From: Prasinococcaceae sp. CCMP 1430
Taxonomy: Eukaryota > Plantae > Prasinodermophyta
DNA: 25,349 bases
Reading direction: 5' to 3'
Assembly (NCBI GenBank): GCA_013416795.1
Contig: RQSC01000032.1
Coordinates: 650,377 to 675,725 of the forward strand
Shown here: piece after piece, positions 21,961-25,349 of the stretch
Numbering within the stretch: the first letter of the stretch is position 1
Layout: every line of letters starts with the position of its first letter
Notes under the pieces: generated by a model
Seen by the model: the letters and a program-made list of their open reading frames with translations, nothing else
Database searches by the model: none
Told to the model about the DNA's origin: nothing
Position numbers and translations under genes: made by a program

Positions 21961-23933
21961 CGAGCGCCGCTTCGGGTGCGCAAACGCACAGCAGGGGAAA
22001 ATACGAGTGGGGGGAAACACGGAGTTGCGCGAAGGGGCCCGCGCGGGGCGGGGCCCTCCGCGCGCGCAGCGCGCGACGAGCTGATGACGGACGAGGACCG
22101 ACCGACGAGGCGGTGGCCTGTCTGTGGCTGGCCGGCCGGGGGACCGCGACGCGCGCGACGTCGCGCGCGACTCGCGCATGGATGGATCCATCGCCGCGCC
22201 GATCGATCGACATCGACATCGACGTCGACGCCCGCCCGTCGGCGCGCGTCGGCGACCGCCGGTGCGCGCGTGCAGTGCCGTGCCGTGCACGCCAGCCAAG
22301 GCCCACGATCGCACAACAACGTGCTCGCCCGTCGCGGGACGTGCCGGAGTCTGACGTGTCATGTCGCGGCTCCACGTGCCCTCCCAGCGCACACGTCATC
22401 CCATACCGCAACGCGGCTGCGCCGCCTTTCGGGTATCAATTTTTCTGTGTAGGGTTCGCTCTACCTTCCAGGATCAAACCCTCTCCAATCCTACCCAAAA
22501 AGATCGCGCCGCCACGCCCCCCCGCGAGTGCGCGCCGCCGCACGGGCCTGCGCGCGCGCGCGCGCCGCCCGTCTGGATAGGACGGCAGCAGGAGGCGGGA
22601 TCGCGCGCGCACGCGCTCGTGCGCGGTGGGGGCGGGGTCGGCGGTGCGCAAAGCGCGCGGCAGTGACGCCAGAGGGAGCGCGCGAGGGCCGAGGCCTCGC
22701 CCCAGGCCCGCTCCTCGGCCTCGCCCCAGNNNNNNNNNNNNNNNNNNNNNNNNNNNNNNNNNNNNNNNNNNNNNNNNNNNNNNNNNNNNNNNNNNNNNNN
22801 NNNNNNNNNNNNNNNNNNNNNNNNNNNNNNNNNNNNNNNNNNNNNNNNNNNNNNNNNNNNNNNNNNNNNNNNNNNNNNNNNNNNNNNNNNNNNNNNNNNN
22901 NNNNNNNNNNNNNNNNNNNNNNNNNNNNNNNNNNNNNNNNNNNNNNNNNNNNNNNNNNNNNNNNNNNNNNNNNNNNNNNNNNNNNNNNNNNNNNNNNNNN
23001 NNNNNNNNNNNNNNNNNNNNNNNNNNNNNNNNNNNNNNNNNNNNNNNNNNNNNNNNNNNNNNNNNNNNNNNNNNNNNNNNNNNNNNNNNNNNNNNNNNNN
23101 NNNNNNNNNNNNNNNNNNNNNNNNNNNNNNNNNNNNNNNNNNNNNNNNNNNNNNNNNNNNNNNNNNNNNNNNNNNNNNNNNNNNNNNNNNNNNNNNNNNN
23201 NNNNNNNNNNNNNNNNNNNNNNNNNNNNNNNNNNNNNNNNNNNNNNNNNNNNNNNNNNNNNNNNNNNNNNNNNNNNNNNNNNNNNNNNNNNNNNNNNNNN
23301 NNNNNNNNNNNNNNNNNNNNNNNNNNNNNNNNNNNNNNNNNNNNNNNNNNNNNNNNNNNNNNNNNNNNNNNNNNNNNNNNNNNNNNNNNNNNNNNNNNNN
23401 NNNNNNNNNNNNNNNNNNNNNNNNNNNNNNNNNNNNNNNNNNNNNNNNNNNNNNNNNNNNNNNNNNNNNNNNNNNNNNNNNNNNNNNNNNNNNNNNNNNN
23501 NNNNNNNNNNNNNNNNNNNNNNNNNNNNNNNNNNNNNNNNNNNNNNNNNNNNNNNNNNNNNNNNNNNNNNNNNNNNNNNNNNNNNNNNNNNNNNNNNNNN
23601 NNNNNNNNNNNNNNNNNNNNNNNNNNNNNNNNNNNNNNNNNNNNNNNNNNNNNNNCGCGCGAGGCGCCAGCTCGCGCCGAGGTGCGCGCGCGCGTGCGTG
23701 TGAGAGAGCGCGCCCCGAGCGCGGCGTCGCGGCGACCTCGGCCGCTGAGCCCACGACATCATAATATCCCGAGCGAAAGCATCGCCCCCCGGCTCCCCCC
23801 GCCAGCCCCCCAAGGTGCCACTCCGCTCGCGCCGCGCCGCGTCGCGCGGCGGCGTATCGAACAATGTTACCCGCGATGCGAGGCGCGAGCGCCGGCGGCG
23901 CTACGAGGGGACGCGGGCGTGGACCTCCCTGGC

Positions 23934-24695
23934 TCAATTGAAGAAGTAGAGCTTGAGGCCGACCGCGAGGCCGGCGTGCGCGGCGCAGACCGCAACCAGC
24001 GCCGACCTCCTCGCGGCCGCCGCCGGGGCGCCAGCGACGACGTCGCGCGCGTTGGACACCAGAAAGAGCGTCGACTGCGCGCCCGCGACGGAGATCGCGA
24101 TCCACTCCACCACGTGGGACGGCACCACGCAAATCACGGCGGTCGGCACGAATATGGCCAGCGAGTAGCCGTAGATGCAGGCCAGCTGCGAGAGGAAAGG
24201 CGCCGCGCCGTGCCAGCGCAGGTACAGATACAGCACCAGCGGGGCCACCGTGGCGTACCCGTACCACAGGACAGCCGAGAGGGCGACCTTCTTGATGTCG
24301 ACGAACCAGTCGCTGTCGTCGCTCGTGTGCTTCAGGTACGCGGCGAAATTGCCAGCCATCGCCGAGAGGAACACCAGCGTGGTGCAGATCCAGAACGGCC
24401 CGTACAGGTCAGGGCGCTCCACAGTGGCCTCGGCGAACTTCGGTCGCAGAGGCGTGAAAGTCGACGTGACCGCGGCCATGCGCACCCGCTGGGTGATGTC
24501 GCTCGTGTCGAAGTCGAAGTATCTCGCCCATCCCGAGGGCGTGAAGAGCGATCCGCCGCGCCCACCGCCGCCGCCGCCGCCGCCGCCGCCATCCGACGGC
24601 TGCTGGCCGGACAGGAAACCGCTGCGCTCGTTGTCCCCTCCCGTGATGCCCGTGGCGGCCGCCGTGGCCAGGCTGCCCACCAGCCCCGCGAATGC
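23934..24695 (-). CDS. Yip1-domain protein (YIPF1/2-like), 5' end missing
   Basis: RYFDFDT, RPDLYGPFWICTTLVF, LACIYGYSLAIFVP, multiple TM segments, ends KLYFFN*; poly-Gly from a (CCG)n tract. Confidence 0.91.
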   Translation of the reverse strand, partial: AFAGLVGSLATAAATGITGGDNERSGFLSGQQPSDGGGGGGGGGGRGGSLFTPSGWARYFDFDTSDITQRVRMAAVTSTFTPLRPKFAEATVERPDLYGPFWICTTLVFLSAMAGNFAAYLKHTSDDSDWFVDIKKVALSAVLWYGYATVAPLVLYLYLRWHGAAPFLSQLACIYGYSLAIFVPTAVICVVPSHVVEWIAISVAGAQSTLFLVSNARDVVAGAPAAAARRSALVAVCAAHAGLAVGLKLYFFN

Positions 24696-24779
24696 GCCGC
24701 CGAGAGCTACTTCGACAAGTTCTGGTCCAACGGTGACATGACCGAGCGCTTCTTCGTGGTCGTCAAGGCACGCGCGTAG
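24696..24779 (+). CDS. Orphan 3' end of an unidentified plus-strand gene (AAESYFDKFWSNGDMTERFFVVVKARA*)
   Basis: Strongly host-like codons ending in TAG, followed by an AT-richer 3'UTR-like stretch; the upstream frame is antisense to Yip1. Confidence 0.45.
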   Translation, partial: AAESYFDKFWSNGDMTERFFVVVKARA

Positions 24780-25349
24780 CGCCGCACGCGCCAATTGTAC
24801 AGTAAGTAGTAGGATGTGTACACTGGTGGTGGTGGGGGGGGGGGCGCACCTACGCCGCCTCGACGGCAGAAGCTCTCTCTGAGGCCTCCGCGAGGCTGGC
24901 GGTGCGCCCTTCGGCGACTGGCGCCGCGCCCTGCGCGCCGCCGAGAATGGCTGTCGCGGACGCGTGCGCGCGCAGGCACGGACTGGCACCGACGTCACGG
25001 TTTCCATTCCGGGTCGTATTTGGGGACCCTTTCGAAGCGGCCGTCCGGCGATCAGTTCGGGTTAAAATACGTAGAGTAATATGGGTCAGAATCACTCTAG
25101 GGTTCAAATTGCAATTCATTCCTGCGCGCAGCACAAACGGACGGGCGGACGTGGTGTGCCCTCGGTCGGATCGCCCTGCAACGGAGCAGGTGCGAGCTGC
25201 TTCAGGGCGGCCGGGGGCGCGGGGGAGGGGCTCAGCGGCGGGTCTCCCTCCCCTCTCGCTCTCGCCTCGCGCGGTCTGCTCTGCCTCGATGCGCGCGCCG
25301 CGCAGCGCGCCTCTCGCCGCCTCGTCGACGACGGCGGCGGCGTCCGCGG

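Noticed and set aside
22150-22169. Perfect 20-bp palindrome CGCGCGCGACGTCGCGCGCG
   Set aside because: Almost entirely CG dinucleotide repeat, which is self-complementary and abundant here.
22692-22729. Short direct repeat (GGCCTCGCCCCAG twice, 24-nt period) abutting the 926-N gap
   Set aside because: Only about 1.5 units are visible; may be a coding repeat (WGEAEERA) that caused the gap, but no array can be supported.
22450-25104. Telobox-like TAGGGTT at 22450-22456 and 25098-25104
   Set aside because: Isolated 7-mers; about one is expected by chance in a window this size.

Overview
Fragmentary, very GC-rich (roughly 70-75% by eye), gene-dense eukaryotic scaffold from a prasinophyte-grade green alga. 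The taxon is inferred from a prasinophyte-type Lhcp antenna gene and short GTGCGY...CTGAC...YAG introns; the species cannot be determined. Contents in order: a short TCTAGGG/TTTAGGG telomeric tract, ATAD2/Yta7-like AAA ATPase (ePHD + PWWP), small protein with bacterial-type TSP3-like Ca-binding repeats, hemE/UROD, DENN-WD40 (SCD1-like), a truncated Lhcp first exon, RluA-like protein, calycin-like membrane protein, RUVBL1 (both ends missing), mitochondrial-carrier-family protein, a full Lhcp, ankyrin protein, PWP1, AFR/SAP30-like protein and a Yip1 protein. There are four N gaps and six single-n placeholders. The most striking observation is that the Lhcp gene at 16654 switches at base 16698 into the base-by-base COMPLEMENT (not reverse complement) of its own coding strand. 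The decoded segment matches the paralogous exon at 9875-9931 57/57 and restores the missing ...ADIYP exon end and GTGCGT donor. Several conserved genes are also cut at seamless, N-free junctions (9931, ~11679, ~13850, ~21893, ~24695). Assembly or processing artefact is the most parsimonious explanation for both patterns; raw reads would decide. No CRISPR array, tRNA/rRNA or recognisable transposon was seen.
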